Shown: positions 31,766 through 42,168 of the stretch, in pieces
How positions within the stretch are numbered: the stretch's first letter is position 1
Layout of the letters: each line of letters opens with the position of its first letter
Origin: an uncultured Lachnospiraceae bacterium
GTDB taxonomy: Bacteria > Bacillota > Clostridia > Oscillospirales > CAG-272
Assembly (NCBI GenBank): GCA_964463325.1
Contig: CAYXBY010000003.1
Location: 1-50,472, forward strand
Direction: 5' to 3'
DNA: 50,472 nt
The notes under the pieces: generated by a model
Seen by the model: the letters and a program-made list of their open reading frames with translations, nothing else
The model's database searches: none
What the model was told of the DNA's origin: nothing
Position numbers and translations under genes: made by a program

Positions 31766-33157
31766 ATGGAAGAAAAAAAGTATTTGAAATGGTATCATAA
31801 GATCGGTTACGGCTCCGGCGATATAGCAGGCAACTGCGTATATGCGCTTCTTACAGCATTTATGATGATCTATCTGACCGACACTGTCGGACTCAGCATG
31901 GGCATCGTAAGCACTTTGATTGCAGTATCTAAAATTTTTGACGGTGTGTCGGATTTCTTCTTTGGAAGAATGATCGACAAAACTCACACAAAGATGGGCA
32001 AGGCTCGTCCTTGGATGCTTTGGCCATATATCGGTTGTGCCGTGTGTCTCGTGGCCTGCTTTGCGATTCCTATGAGCTGGGGCGAAACCGCACAGTACGT
32101 CTTCTTCTTTATCGCGTACACACTTCTTAACGCAGTGTTCTTTACCGCGAACAATATCGCATACGCATCTCTCACCGCTTTAATTACAAAGAACACCAGT
32201 GAGAGAGTTCAGATCGGTTCTTTCCGCTTCATCTTTGCATTTGCAACAAAGATTATCATTGAGGCAGTTACCATCTACGCTGTAACTTGGCTTGGTGGCG
32301 GTGCAAAGGGATGGAGAACAATCGCTATCATCTACGCAGTGCTCGGTCTTATCGTAAACACGATTTCTGTATTTTCCGTAAAAGAGCTTCCAGAAGCTGA
32401 TGAGGGTATGGAAGGAGAAAGAAAAGAGGAGCATAAGCTCACCTTCATTCAGTCCTTTAAGCTTCTTCTCAAAAATAAGTACTACGTTATTATCTGCTGT
32501 AGCTATATTCTGACACAGCTTTATGCATCTGTTATCGGTATGGGTACATACTATGCCAAGTATATCCTCGGCAATGAGGAGTTGTTCAGCGACTTGTCTT
32601 TGGCTATCAATATCACAATGGTTGTTGCGCTTACGGTTTTGCCCTACGTTATTAAGAAGCTTGGTGGTATGTATAAGCTCAACATATGGGGCTATGTAAT
32701 CGCCGCAGCAGGAAGAGTTGGCGTTATGGTAGCGGCCTATATGGGTAGCCTTCCTCTGATGCTTGCATTTACTGCTGTTTCTACAATCGGTATTGCTCCT
32801 TTGCAGGGCGACCTTAACGCACTTATCGCCTGTTGCTCCGAACACACCACTTTGAAAACCGGTCACCGCCTTGACGGTATGATGTATTCATGCTCCTCTC
32901 TTGGTCTCAAGCTCGGCGGTGCGCTTGGCACTGCTATCTGTGGTTGGCTTCTTGATGCGACAGGCTACGTTGAGAACGCAGTTACACAGAATGCTGCTAC
33001 TATTGGCATGCTGAACTTCCTTTATTTGTGGTTGCCTGTGATTCTCTGTGCGGCTGTCGGATTCCTTCTCGTTTTCCTGCGCGTTGAAAAGGCAAACGAA
33101 AAGCTTCTTGCTGACAGGGAAGACAAGACCGTCCCCGATGTTTACGGTAACGTATAA
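31766..33157 (+). CDS. GPH-family (MFS_2) galactoside:cation symporter
   Basis: KIGYGSGD, DGVSDFFFGRMIDKT..KMGKARPW, KLGGALG; many TM segments. Confidence 0.88.
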   Translation: MEEKKYLKWYHKIGYGSGDIAGNCVYALLTAFMMIYLTDTVGLSMGIVSTLIAVSKIFDGVSDFFFGRMIDKTHTKMGKARPWMLWPYIGCAVCLVACFAIPMSWGETAQYVFFFIAYTLLNAVFFTANNIAYASLTALITKNTSERVQIGSFRFIFAFATKIIIEAVTIYAVTWLGGGAKGWRTIAIIYAVLGLIVNTISVFSVKELPEADEGMEGERKEEHKLTFIQSFKLLLKNKYYVIICCSYILTQLYASVIGMGTYYAKYILGNEELFSDLSLAINITMVVALTVLPYVIKKLGGMYKLNIWGYVIAAAGRVGVMVAAYMGSLPLMLAFTAVSTIGIAPLQGDLNALIACCSEHTTLKTGHRLDGMMYSCSSLGLKLGGALGTAICGWLLDATGYVENAVTQNAATIGMLNFLYLWLPVILCAAVGFLLVFLRVEKANEKLLADREDKTVPDVYGNV

Positions 33158-33168
33158 GGAGAAAAACA

Positions 33169-35739
33169 ATGAAAGAGTACGAAAGATTCGAACGTATAGG
33201 TACTACACCTCATAGAAGCTATTATATTCCTTTCGCAGATAAAGACGTCATCAGAACCAAGCACGGTATTCAGGATCGTACATCCAGCTCTCGATTCATG
33301 TCGCTTGATGGCGTATGGCAGATCAAAAAACTCGACCACGTTGAAGATTTTGAGATAAACGAAAAACTTGAAGACAGAATTCCCGTTCCTGCGTGTGTTC
33401 AGATGCACGGATATGACCATATTCAGTATTTGAACACGAGATATCCTTTCCCGGTTATGCTCCCGCATCTTCCATATGAGAATCCTTGCTGGCACTACCG
33501 CCGTACCTTCAATCTGAAAAAGAAGCAAGGCGAGAAATATTACATTAACTTTGAAGGCGTTGACTCCGCATTTTATCTTTACATCAACGGTCAGTTTAAG
33601 GGATACTCTCAGATTTCCCACGCGACAAGTGAGTTTGACGTGACCGATCTCGCCCTAAACGGAGAGAACACCATCGACGTTCTTGTTCTCAAATGGTGTA
33701 TCTCTACCTACCTTGAATGTCAAGACAAGTTCCGCTTCTCGGGCATTTACAGAAACGTATATCTGCTTACCCGTCCCGAAAAGCATATTACCGATTACAA
33801 GATCGAAACAAGACTTTCGGGAAGTGACGGTATTCTCTCATTTACGAATGAAAGCCAAATTGACGTCAAGCTCGTTTTTGAAGATAACAGCGTCATCGTT
33901 CCTGCCGGTATGAAGACTGAAATCGTTCATCCGAGAGCAAAGCATTGGACGGCTGAGAAGCCTAATCTTTATACGCTTGAAATCCATGCAAACGGTGAAA
34001 AGATTGAAGAAAGCATCGGATTCCGCGAAGTGACCATCGACGGAAAAGTGTTCAAGATCAACGGCAATCCCGTAAAGCTCAAGGGTGTAAACCGCCACGA
34101 CTTCAACTGTGAAACCGCTGCGACCGTGAGCCTTGAGGATATGGCGAAGGACATCCACTTGATGAAGGAGCTGAACGTCAATGCAGTCAGGACCTCGCAC
34201 TATCCCAACAGCCCCGAATTCTATCTGCTTTGCGATAAATTCGGTATCTACGTTATGGACGAAGCAGACCTTGAAATGCACGGTGCTTGTACCCGTGACG
34301 GTCGCTATGATATTCCTCTTTGGAAAGAGTATGCGGAGAACAATTTCTTTGCACCCGGCATTACCGACAGACATACGGCACTTGTTGAAAGAGATAAGAA
34401 CCGTACCAGTGTTATCATTTGGTCGCTCGGAAACGAAAGCTCCTTCGGAAAGGCATTCTTCAAGGGTGCAAATTACATCAAAAACCGCGATAAGACAAGA
34501 CCCGTTCACTACGAGGGCTTGCAGAACGCAGATCCTAAATACTACTATACCGAGCTTGTCGATATGGTCAGTATGATGTATCCGTCCTTTGAAAAGATTC
34601 GCACTGACGTTCTCGACAATCCCAAGGAAACCCGCCCATTTGTGCTTTGCGAGTACACTCACGCAATGGGTAACTCTTGCGGTGATATTGCGGCGTATTG
34701 GGATATGATCTATAACAACGAGCAGATGATGGGCGCTTTCGTTTGGGAATGGGCAGATCACGGTATCAAGACCGACGACGGATTCCTTTACGGCGGAGAC
34801 TTTGAAGAACCTGAACATGACGGAAACTTCTGTGCGGATGGTCTTCTGACTCCCGATAGAAAGCTGAAATCCAATGCGCTTGAAATGATGGCTGTTTACG
34901 GAGGTAAGACTACTTCCGAAATGTGCGAAGTAGATATTCCCAAGAGCTCCTATAAGTTCTCCTCCGCAATCGCGATTGAGGTCAACGAGCACACCGGCGA
35001 GATCACCTCGATCAAGGCAGATGGCAACGAGATCCTCCGCACCCCCATTCATTTCAACATTACTCGTTACACCGATAATGACCGTGACTTAATTCCTCAT
35101 TGGATCGGTCGCTGCCATCTCTCCTCTTGCAAGCCCCACATTTTCTCTTGTGAGAAATCCGAGAATCATTATAAGTTTGAAGGTGTTCTTGCGGCAAACT
35201 GCTTGATGCCTGCGGTGGAATTCACCCTCGAATATACTGTGGTTGCAAATGAACTAACCGTTTCGGTTTCCTATAAACTTGCTGATTATATCGAGAGATT
35301 CCCAAGATTCGGATTTGAGTTTGGTGTAGACAAAGGACACTGCAACTTCTCTTATGTTGGCTTTGGGCCGATGGAGAGTTATGTGGATAAGAAGGCCGCT
35401 TGTGAGTACGGATACTACGTAAGCTCCGCAGAGGAAAACTACGATATGAAGTATATCCGTCCGCAGGAGTCGGGTAGCCATTATGCTTGCAAGTATGTGG
35501 CTGTGAAGGATCTTTTCAAGGTAACCGCCGAGAAGCCCTTCTCCTGCTCGGTTAACCCATATACCACGGAACAGCTCAGAGAAACGCTTCACTCCTTTGA
35601 GCTTGAGGAAAATGATTTTGTTAACGTTTGTGTAGACGTTGCAATGCGCGGCGTAGGCTCTCATTCCTGCGGTCCCGATCTTCCCGAGGAATTTGAAATT
35701 CCGAGAGAAGGAAACAACACCTTTAAGTTCACGTTTTAA
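33169..35739 (+). CDS. lacZ: GH2 beta-galactosidase
   Basis: FEGVDSAFY, KGVNRHD, NAVRTSHYP, WSLGNES, LCEYTHAMGNS, FVWEWADH. Confidence 0.92.
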   Translation: MKEYERFERIGTTPHRSYYIPFADKDVIRTKHGIQDRTSSSRFMSLDGVWQIKKLDHVEDFEINEKLEDRIPVPACVQMHGYDHIQYLNTRYPFPVMLPHLPYENPCWHYRRTFNLKKKQGEKYYINFEGVDSAFYLYINGQFKGYSQISHATSEFDVTDLALNGENTIDVLVLKWCISTYLECQDKFRFSGIYRNVYLLTRPEKHITDYKIETRLSGSDGILSFTNESQIDVKLVFEDNSVIVPAGMKTEIVHPRAKHWTAEKPNLYTLEIHANGEKIEESIGFREVTIDGKVFKINGNPVKLKGVNRHDFNCETAATVSLEDMAKDIHLMKELNVNAVRTSHYPNSPEFYLLCDKFGIYVMDEADLEMHGACTRDGRYDIPLWKEYAENNFFAPGITDRHTALVERDKNRTSVIIWSLGNESSFGKAFFKGANYIKNRDKTRPVHYEGLQNADPKYYYTELVDMVSMMYPSFEKIRTDVLDNPKETRPFVLCEYTHAMGNSCGDIAAYWDMIYNNEQMMGAFVWEWADHGIKTDDGFLYGGDFEEPEHDGNFCADGLLTPDRKLKSNALEMMAVYGGKTTSEMCEVDIPKSSYKFSSAIAIEVNEHTGEITSIKADGNEILRTPIHFNITRYTDNDRDLIPHWIGRCHLSSCKPHIFSCEKSENHYKFEGVLAANCLMPAVEFTLEYTVVANELTVSVSYKLADYIERFPRFGFEFGVDKGHCNFSYVGFGPMESYVDKKAACEYGYYVSSAEENYDMKYIRPQESGSHYACKYVAVKDLFKVTAEKPFSCSVNPYTTEQLRETLHSFELEENDFVNVCVDVAMRGVGSHSCGPDLPEEFEIPREGNNTFKFTF

Positions 35740-35838
35740 TTGAAACAACCTTCTGCGGTGTTTCCACCGGAAGAACATACTACTTTCGGAGGCATCTGCA
35801 AGGATGCCTCCTGTTTTCTGAAAAAGGAGAAAAAGATA

Positions 35839-36222
35839 ATGAAAATTGCTTTAATTGCACACGATAAGAAAAAGGACGAGATCATTGAACTTGCAAAGCA
35901 GTACAAGGACGTGCTTGCCAATTACGAGCTTTACGCGACTGGAACTACGGGAACACTTATCATGGGTGAAACAGCGCTGCCAATACATAGAATGAAAAGC
36001 GGACCTCTCGGCGGCGACCAACAGATCGGCGCAATGCTTGCAAACGGTGAGCTTGGATTGATTATCTTTCTGCGCGATCCTCTGACCGCCCAGCCACACG
36101 AGCCTGATGTTTCTGCATTGCTTCGCCTTTGTGATGTTCAGAAGATTCCGCTTGCAACTAACGCAAGCAGTGCTACAATTATGCTTGAATCGTTAAAGAA
36201 TGGTACTTTTCCGACGAAGTAA
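35839..36222 (+). CDS. mgsA: Methylglyoxal synthase
   Basis: [39 protein letters not shown]. Confidence 0.95.
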   Translation: MKIALIAHDKKKDEIIELAKQYKDVLANYELYATGTTGTLIMGETALPIHRMKSGPLGGDQQIGAMLANGELGLIIFLRDPLTAQPHEPDVSALLRLCDVQKIPLATNASSATIMLESLKNGTFPTK

Positions 36223-36269
36223 TACGGATTAAGTTGCATCATTCTTTGATAACTGTGTTTTATCCCTAT

Positions 36270-36318
36270 AAAAAGCCGCTATCAATGCGTAATTTGAACG
36301 CGCTGATAGCGGATTTTT
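36270..36318 (+). terminator. Terminator after mgsA
   Basis: AAAAGCCGCTATCA...TGATAGCGGATTTTT. Confidence 0.6.
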
Positions 36319-36412
36319 ATTTGAATTAAAGAAACAGCTTTTTTTGTTGCAGATATCACAGTTGACGATTTTGGTATAAAATAATTGAATATTTGACAAG
36401 GAGGTAATAAAA

Positions 36413-37555
36413 ATGTCAAATCAAAAGTACACCATAGAATTCAAGAAACAAGTCGTTGAATTCTACCTTGATCACCACACGGTGAAGGAAACCCTACAGG
36501 AATTTCATATTCCTGAAAGCACGCTGTTTGCTTGGAAGCATCAGTATCAGACCCGCATGTTTGAAAAGCCACGCAGCACCAAATCGGACAGCATCAAACA
36601 CATGCAACGCAAGTTGGATCGAATGAAAGCGGTTTTAGAAGCGCAAAGCATTTTGAAATGCTCTCCAAATGCGTCAAACGCCGAAAAAGTAAAGGCTGTC
36701 AATAGCCTTAAAGACCGCTATTCTGTCAGAATTTTGTGTGATGCCGTAAACCTTCCCACCGGTAGTTATTATCACTATAAACGAAGAGAGGCATATCGTA
36801 CACATTATGAACGCAACGACGAGCTAATCAAGCCGCTGATCAAAGAAATCTTTGAGAACAGCGAATATCGTTTGGGAAAACGTCCGATCAAGCGTATACT
36901 GGAAGAGCGAGGTTATCGTGTTGCCGAAGAAAGGATTGCGCGTTTGATGAAAGAGATGTCATTGACTGTTCAAGCACCGATGGCATTGAGCCACCACAAG
37001 AAACCCATTTCAAGACCGTACTATCAAAATCGGCTACATAACGAATACGATCAGATAGCCCCGAATGCGGTTTGGGTGAGCGATATCACATATGTTCGCG
37101 CCGGTCAAGAAAACAAATTTGTTTGTGTGATCATTGATTTGTTTTCGAGAATGGTACTTTCGTATGCCGTATCGGATCGCATTGATACGATGCTTACCAT
37201 TGAAACTTTTTCAAAGGCATTCCAATGGCGTGGTGAACCCAAAAGTTTGATGTTCCATAGTGACCAAGGCGTGCAATACACCTGCCACGCTTTCAGAGAG
37301 TTTTTGAAGGAATGTTCGGTAACCCAGTCATTTGCTACGCCGGGTACTCCGACCGAAAATGCGGTCTGTGAAGCCTTCTTTTCGAGGCTGAAATACGAGG
37401 CGCTGTATCGTCAAACATATTCATCGGTCGAAGAGATTGACGAGGAGGTTGGCAAATATATTGATTACTATAACAACCGCAGACCTCATCGGCGTTTGAA
37501 TTTCAAGTCGCCATCTGAAGTTGAAGCGGCATATTACGCAAGTTTAAAAACATAG
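36413..37555 (+). mobile_element. IS3-family DDE transposase encoded as one ORF
   Basis: N-terminal HTH (KYTIEFKKQVV), WVSDITY, FHSDQGVQY, ENAVCEAFFSRLK, YYNNRRPH. Confidence 0.88.
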
Positions 37556-37605
37556 CAAAGGGCAACTCCTTTTTGAAAGTGTTCAAAAAGTGGTTACCCC
37601 CGCAA

Positions 37606-37680
37606 TGGCTGGGGTGGCCGGATTCGGACCGACGAATGCCAGAGTCAAAGTCTGGTGCCTTACCGCTTGGCTACACCCCA
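37606..37680 (-). tRNA. tRNA-Gln(TTG)
   Basis: TGGGGTGTAGCCAAGCGGTAAGGCACCAGACTTTGACTCTGG...CACCCCAGCCA cloverleaf with encoded CCA. Confidence 0.93.
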
Positions 37681-37877
37681 TTACCGGACTATTATATCAC
37701 ACCCCGGGGCGACCTGTCAAGTCATTTATCCAAAAATATGCTTTTCGGCGGGGCGACGGCGGCGAAAACGCCAAAAAACGTCCGCCGGACGATTAGCCGC
37801 TGCTGCGGAGGTCAAAAATATCAGCAGCGCGGCATGCGCCCGGCACAAATGCCGGTAAACACACTGTGAGGCAAACC

Positions 37878-39017
37878 ATGAACATCCTTATTTGCAGCGA
37901 TGCGCTGGGCGTCGGCGGCGCGGAGACGCACATTCTCTCGCTTGTCCGTGAGCTGGTAGGGCGCGGACACTGTGTGACCGTGGCGGCAACGTCGGGCGCA
38001 CTGGTGTCGGAGCTGCCGCGGCAGGCTGAATTTGTCCCGCTGCCGCCATTTGGACGCGCGCCGCAGGCACTGCTGTGCTCGCACCACGCACTCAGACGGC
38101 TGATCGATCGCCGACCGCGCTTTGACGTCGTCCATGCGCATGCCAGATTGCCCGCCCGCCTGCTGCGCGCCATGACCCGTCGCCGACGTATTCCGCTGGT
38201 CGTCACGGCGCATGCCATGTTCCGTATGACGCCGATGCTGGCCTGGCTTTCGGTATGGGGTGAGCGGACGATAGCGGTCAGTCGCGATATAGAGCAGCTG
38301 CTCGTGCTGCGCGGCCGGGTGCCGAAGGAGCGCATTTGCGTTATTCCAAATGGCATTGACACGTCACATTTTTGCCCGGCACCACGGCATAATGGTGACG
38401 TGCGACAGGGTGAGGACGCCTTCCCACATATCATTTTTGTCAGTCGACTGGATAATGACTGCTCGAGCGTGGCACGTGCGCTTTGCCACATCGCGGGACG
38501 GTTGCGAGCGGTGTGCCCGCAGGCCGTCGTGACGATAGTCGGAGGCGGCGACTGCTTGGGCGAGCTGGAGGTGCTGTCGGAGCTGATGAACGCAGCCTGC
38601 GGCGCACGTGTGATAAGCCTTGCGGGGGCGCGGACGGAGGTTTGCGGCCTCCTCAGGCGGGCGGATATATTTGTTGGAGTTTCGCGCGCGGCGATGGAGG
38701 CAGCGGCCTGCGGCCTGCCAGTGATATTGGCCGGCGACGAGGGCTACGGCGGCATTTTTCGACCCGGCGAGACGGTCGACAGCGCCAATTTATGCGCACG
38801 CGGCCGCGAGGCGGTGCCGTCCTTGCAGGATGCGCTGCTGGGTGATATTTGCAGCCTGTTGCAGATGGGGGCTGAGTCCCGCCGCGAGCTGGGGCTTGCC
38901 GGGCGGGACTATATACGGCGGCACTATTCGTCATCCTCGGCTGCCGAGCGCACGCTGGAGGTGTATGGCGCGGCTATGGCGCATAATTTTTTCAAAAAAT
39001 TTCATGCAGACTATTGA
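37878..39017 (+). CDS. GT4 glycosyltransferase
   Basis: GGAETH, DVVHAH, IAVS, VIPNGIDT, FVSRLD, AMEAAACGLPV. Confidence 0.85.
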   Translation: MNILICSDALGVGGAETHILSLVRELVGRGHCVTVAATSGALVSELPRQAEFVPLPPFGRAPQALLCSHHALRRLIDRRPRFDVVHAHARLPARLLRAMTRRRRIPLVVTAHAMFRMTPMLAWLSVWGERTIAVSRDIEQLLVLRGRVPKERICVIPNGIDTSHFCPAPRHNGDVRQGEDAFPHIIFVSRLDNDCSSVARALCHIAGRLRAVCPQAVVTIVGGGDCLGELEVLSELMNAACGARVISLAGARTEVCGLLRRADIFVGVSRAAMEAAACGLPVILAGDEGYGGIFRPGETVDSANLCARGREAVPSLQDALLGDICSLLQMGAESRRELGLAGRDYIRRHYSSSSAAERTLEVYGAAMAHNFFKKFHADY

Positions 39018-39065
39018 CAGCGTGAGCAATAGGTGCTATAATAACAATAGTGATAACGATTATCA
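39014..39065 (+). promoter_or_regulatory. sigma-A promoter with Fur/PerR box
   Basis: TTGACA 39014, TATAAT 39037, TGATAACGATTATCA 39051-39065 (7-1-7 Fur-type box). Confidence 0.75.
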
Positions 39066-39091
39066 ATATTATTTTTAAGGAGCGAGTATAA

Positions 39092-40879
39092 ATGATATCC
39101 AAAAGCATCGCCTATGTCGGCGTAAATGACCACAAGGTCGACCTGTTCGAGGGACAATATAAGGTGGAGAAGGGCATGGCCTATAATTCGTATGTTATTC
39201 TTGACGAAAAGATAGCCGTGATGGACACCGTCGATGCCCACTTTACGCACGAATGGCTGGATAATCTTGACCGAGTGCTGGGCGGTCGTCAGCCCGATTA
39301 CCTAATAGTCCAGCACATGGAGCCTGACCACTCCGCCAACATCATGAGCTTCAAAAAGACCTACCCATCCGCCACCGTCGTGGCAACCGAAAAGGCCTTC
39401 CGCATGATGGGGCAGTTCTTCGGCGAGGACTTTGCCGATGACCGCATGGTCGTTCGCGACGGCGCGACGCTGTCGCTCGGTGAGCATACGCTGCATTTTG
39501 TCGGCGCGCCCATGGTGCACTGGCCGGAGGTCATAGTCACCTATGAGGAGCGCGAGGGCGTGCTGTTCTCGGCCGACGCATTCGGCAAGTTCGGCGCGCT
39601 TGACGTCGAGGACGATTGGCTCGACGAGGCTCGCCGTTACTATATCGGCATCGTCGGCAAATACGGCCGCCAGGTGCAGGTGCTGCTCTCCAAGGCCGCC
39701 GCGCTCGACATTCGCACGATATGCCCGCTGCACGGCCCCATCCTCACCGAGAACCTTGGCTATTACATTGGCCTGTATGACAAATGGTCGTCATATGAGC
39801 CGGAGGAGAGCGGCGTTGTGATCGCATATTCCTCGGTCTACGGCCACACGGCCAAGGCCGTTTCGCTGCTGGCTGACCGCCTGCGCGCCGGCGGCTGCCC
39901 CGCTGTCACCGTCTTCGACCTCGCCCGCTGTGACATGTCCGCCGCCGTCGCCGCCGCCTTCCGCTACGACAAGCTGGTGCTGGCGACCACCACCTACAAC
40001 GCCGATATTTTCCCATGCATGCGCGAATTTATCTCGCATCTGACCGAGCGCAGCTTCAAAAACCGCACTGTCGCGCTGATAGAGAACGGCTCGTGGGCAC
40101 CCCGCGCGGCGCGCGTCATGCAGGACATGCTGGGCGGCTGCGAGAGCCTCGCGTTTGCCTCCAACACCGTCACCATTCTCTCCGCGCTCAATGATGACAG
40201 CACGGCGCAGCTCAATGCGCTGGCTGACGAGCTGTGCGCCGGCTATGTCACGGCCAGCGCCGAGCGCGTCAATAAAAACGACATGACCTCGCTGTTCAAT
40301 ATCGGCTACGGGCTGTATGTCGTCACCTCCAACGACGGCCGCCGCGACAACGGCCTCATCGTCAACACTGTCACGCAGGTTACAAACACGCCCAACCGCG
40401 TCGCCGTGGTCATCAACAAGCAGAATTATTCGCACCACGTCATAAAGCAGACCGGTATCATGAACGTTAACTGCCTCAGCATCGATGCGCCCTTCAAGAC
40501 CTTCGAGTGCTTCGGCTTCCGCAGCGGGCGCAATACGGACAAATTTGAGTCCATCACGCCCTCGCGCAGCGCCAACGGCCTCGCCGTGCTGCCGAATTAT
40601 ATCAATTCTTATATATCTCTGCGCGTGGTGCAGTATGTCGACCTCGATACGCACGGCATGTTCATTTGCGATATCACCGAGGCGCAGGTGCTCTCCGACC
40701 GCGAGACCATGACCTACACCTACTACCAAAAGCACGTCAAGCCGCGCCCGGCGACCGAGGGCAAGCGGGGCTTTGTCTGCAAGGTGTGCGGCTATGTCTA
40801 CGAGGGCGACGAGCTGCCGGCTGACTATATCTGCCCGCTGTGCAAGCACGGCGCTGCGGATTTTGAACCCATTGAGTAA
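39092..40879 (+). CDS. fprA: Flavodiiron protein with C-terminal flavin-reductase and rubredoxin domains (class D architecture)
   Basis: HMEPDH, PMVHWPE, SADAFG, flavodoxin SVYGHT, YGLYVVT flavin reductase, CKVCG..CPLC rubredoxin. Confidence 0.9.
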   Translation: MISKSIAYVGVNDHKVDLFEGQYKVEKGMAYNSYVILDEKIAVMDTVDAHFTHEWLDNLDRVLGGRQPDYLIVQHMEPDHSANIMSFKKTYPSATVVATEKAFRMMGQFFGEDFADDRMVVRDGATLSLGEHTLHFVGAPMVHWPEVIVTYEEREGVLFSADAFGKFGALDVEDDWLDEARRYYIGIVGKYGRQVQVLLSKAAALDIRTICPLHGPILTENLGYYIGLYDKWSSYEPEESGVVIAYSSVYGHTAKAVSLLADRLRAGGCPAVTVFDLARCDMSAAVAAAFRYDKLVLATTTYNADIFPCMREFISHLTERSFKNRTVALIENGSWAPRAARVMQDMLGGCESLAFASNTVTILSALNDDSTAQLNALADELCAGYVTASAERVNKNDMTSLFNIGYGLYVVTSNDGRRDNGLIVNTVTQVTNTPNRVAVVINKQNYSHHVIKQTGIMNVNCLSIDAPFKTFECFGFRSGRNTDKFESITPSRSANGLAVLPNYINSYISLRVVQYVDLDTHGMFICDITEAQVLSDRETMTYTYYQKHVKPRPATEGKRGFVCKVCGYVYEGDELPADYICPLCKHGAADFEPIE

Positions 40880-40897
40880 ATAATTTTCAAAAAGCTA

Positions 40898-40943
40898 TTG
40901 ACAAACAGTTATGATCGTGATATAATAACGATAATGATTGTTA
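40898..40943 (+). promoter_or_regulatory. sigma-A promoter with Fur/PerR-like box
   Basis: TTGACA 40898, TATAAT 40921, CGATAATGATTGTTA 40929-40943. Confidence 0.65.
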
Positions 40944-40962
40944 TTATTGTTAAGGAGGCCAC

Positions 40963-41364
40963 ATGACCCCGACTCTTAAGCATTCCAGGCAGCGCGACGC
41001 GCTCCTTGAGCTGCTGCGCAGCGTCACCTGCCACCCAACTGCCGAATGGCTGTGGGCAGAGCTGCGGCGCGACTATCCCAAAATGAGCCTGGCGACGGTC
41101 TACCGCAACCTCGGCGTGCTGTGTGATAACGGCGACGCTATAAGGATCGACGTCGGCGACGGCAACGTCCACTACGACGCACAGACGTTTGACCACAATC
41201 ATTTTTTCTGCACTCAGTGCCGCGGGCTCAGCGATCTCGGCGGCCATGAGCTCGACGATGTCGACAGCCGCCTCGAACAGAAGTACGGCGTCAGCATCAG
41301 CTCACATTCGTTCATCTTTTACGGCACGTGCCGTGAATGCAATCAAAATAATAAAAATATATAA
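40963..41364 (+). CDS. Fur-family regulator (PerR-like)
   Basis: HPTAE, SLATVYRNL, HNHFFCTQC, YGTCREC; flanked by oxidative-stress genes. Confidence 0.88.
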   Translation: MTPTLKHSRQRDALLELLRSVTCHPTAEWLWAELRRDYPKMSLATVYRNLGVLCDNGDAIRIDVGDGNVHYDAQTFDHNHFFCTQCRGLSDLGGHELDDVDSRLEQKYGVSISSHSFIFYGTCRECNQNNKNI

Positions 41365-41382
41365 ATTCAGAGGAGAAAGATC

Positions 41383-41937
41383 ATGAAAAAGTTTGTTTGC
41401 CCCGTTTGCGGTTATGTTCACATCGGCGAGAGCGCACCCGAAAAGTGCCCCCAGTGCGGCGTCCCCGGCTCCAAGTTTACCGAGGTCAAGGACGATGAGC
41501 GCAACTACGTTTGCGAGCATGTCATCGGTGTGGGCGCTAAGGATAAGATCGACGAGGAGGTCTATAACGGCCTCAAGGCAAATTTTGAGGGCGAGTGCAC
41601 CGAGGTCGGTATGTACATCGCCATGAGCCGTCAGGCTATCCGCGAGGGCTACCCTGAGATAGGCGCCTTCTATCTGCAGGCTGCATACGAGGAGGCCGAG
41701 CACGCTGCTAAGTTCGCAGAGCTGCTGGGCGAGGTGGTTACCTCCTCGACCAAGACCAACCTCGAGCTGAGAAGCGAGGCCGAGTGCGGCGCGACCGCAG
41801 GCAAGTTCGAGCTGGCAAAGCGCGCCAAGGAGCTGGGCTACGACGCTATCCATGACACCGTTCATGAGATGGCCAAGGACGAGGCACGCCACGGCCGCGG
41901 CTTTGATGGCATGCTCAAGAGATATTTTGGCAAATAA
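41383..41937 (+). CDS. Reverse rubrerythrin (NADH peroxidase)
   Basis: N-terminal CPVCG..CPQC rubredoxin, then [21 protein letters not shown] diiron motifs. Confidence 0.9.
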   Translation: MKKFVCPVCGYVHIGESAPEKCPQCGVPGSKFTEVKDDERNYVCEHVIGVGAKDKIDEEVYNGLKANFEGECTEVGMYIAMSRQAIREGYPEIGAFYLQAAYEEAEHAAKFAELLGEVVTSSTKTNLELRSEAECGATAGKFELAKRAKELGYDAIHDTVHEMAKDEARHGRGFDGMLKRYFGK

Positions 41938-41943
41938 GCAATA

Positions 41944-41998
41944 GCAGGCGATGCTGGCGGGCGCTGTCACGGGAGACGTGGCAACGCCTGCCTTTTTT
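41944..41998 (+). terminator. Terminator after rubrerythrin
   Basis: GCAGGCG...CGCCTGCCTTTTTT. Confidence 0.6.
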
Positions 41999-42168
41999 AT
42001 CACAATAGCCTTCAAAACGTGCCAAAATGGCATGAATGGAAGCACTAATTTTTTTGATTATTTTGAAAAATGGTCTTGATTTTTGGGTGAACGTGTTTTA
42101 AAATATGCAGTGGAAAAAGCAGCACACGCCATGGTGTGCGCTATAAATTCAAAAAAAGGAAAACAATT

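Larger units (their letters stand above)
28640..37605. mobile_element. AT-richer genomic island between typA and the 3' end of tRNA-Gln
   Basis: Visible drop in GC and different codon style; contains direct repeats, IS3 transposase and a lactose cluster; abuts tRNA CCA; left boundary approximate. Confidence 0.7.
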
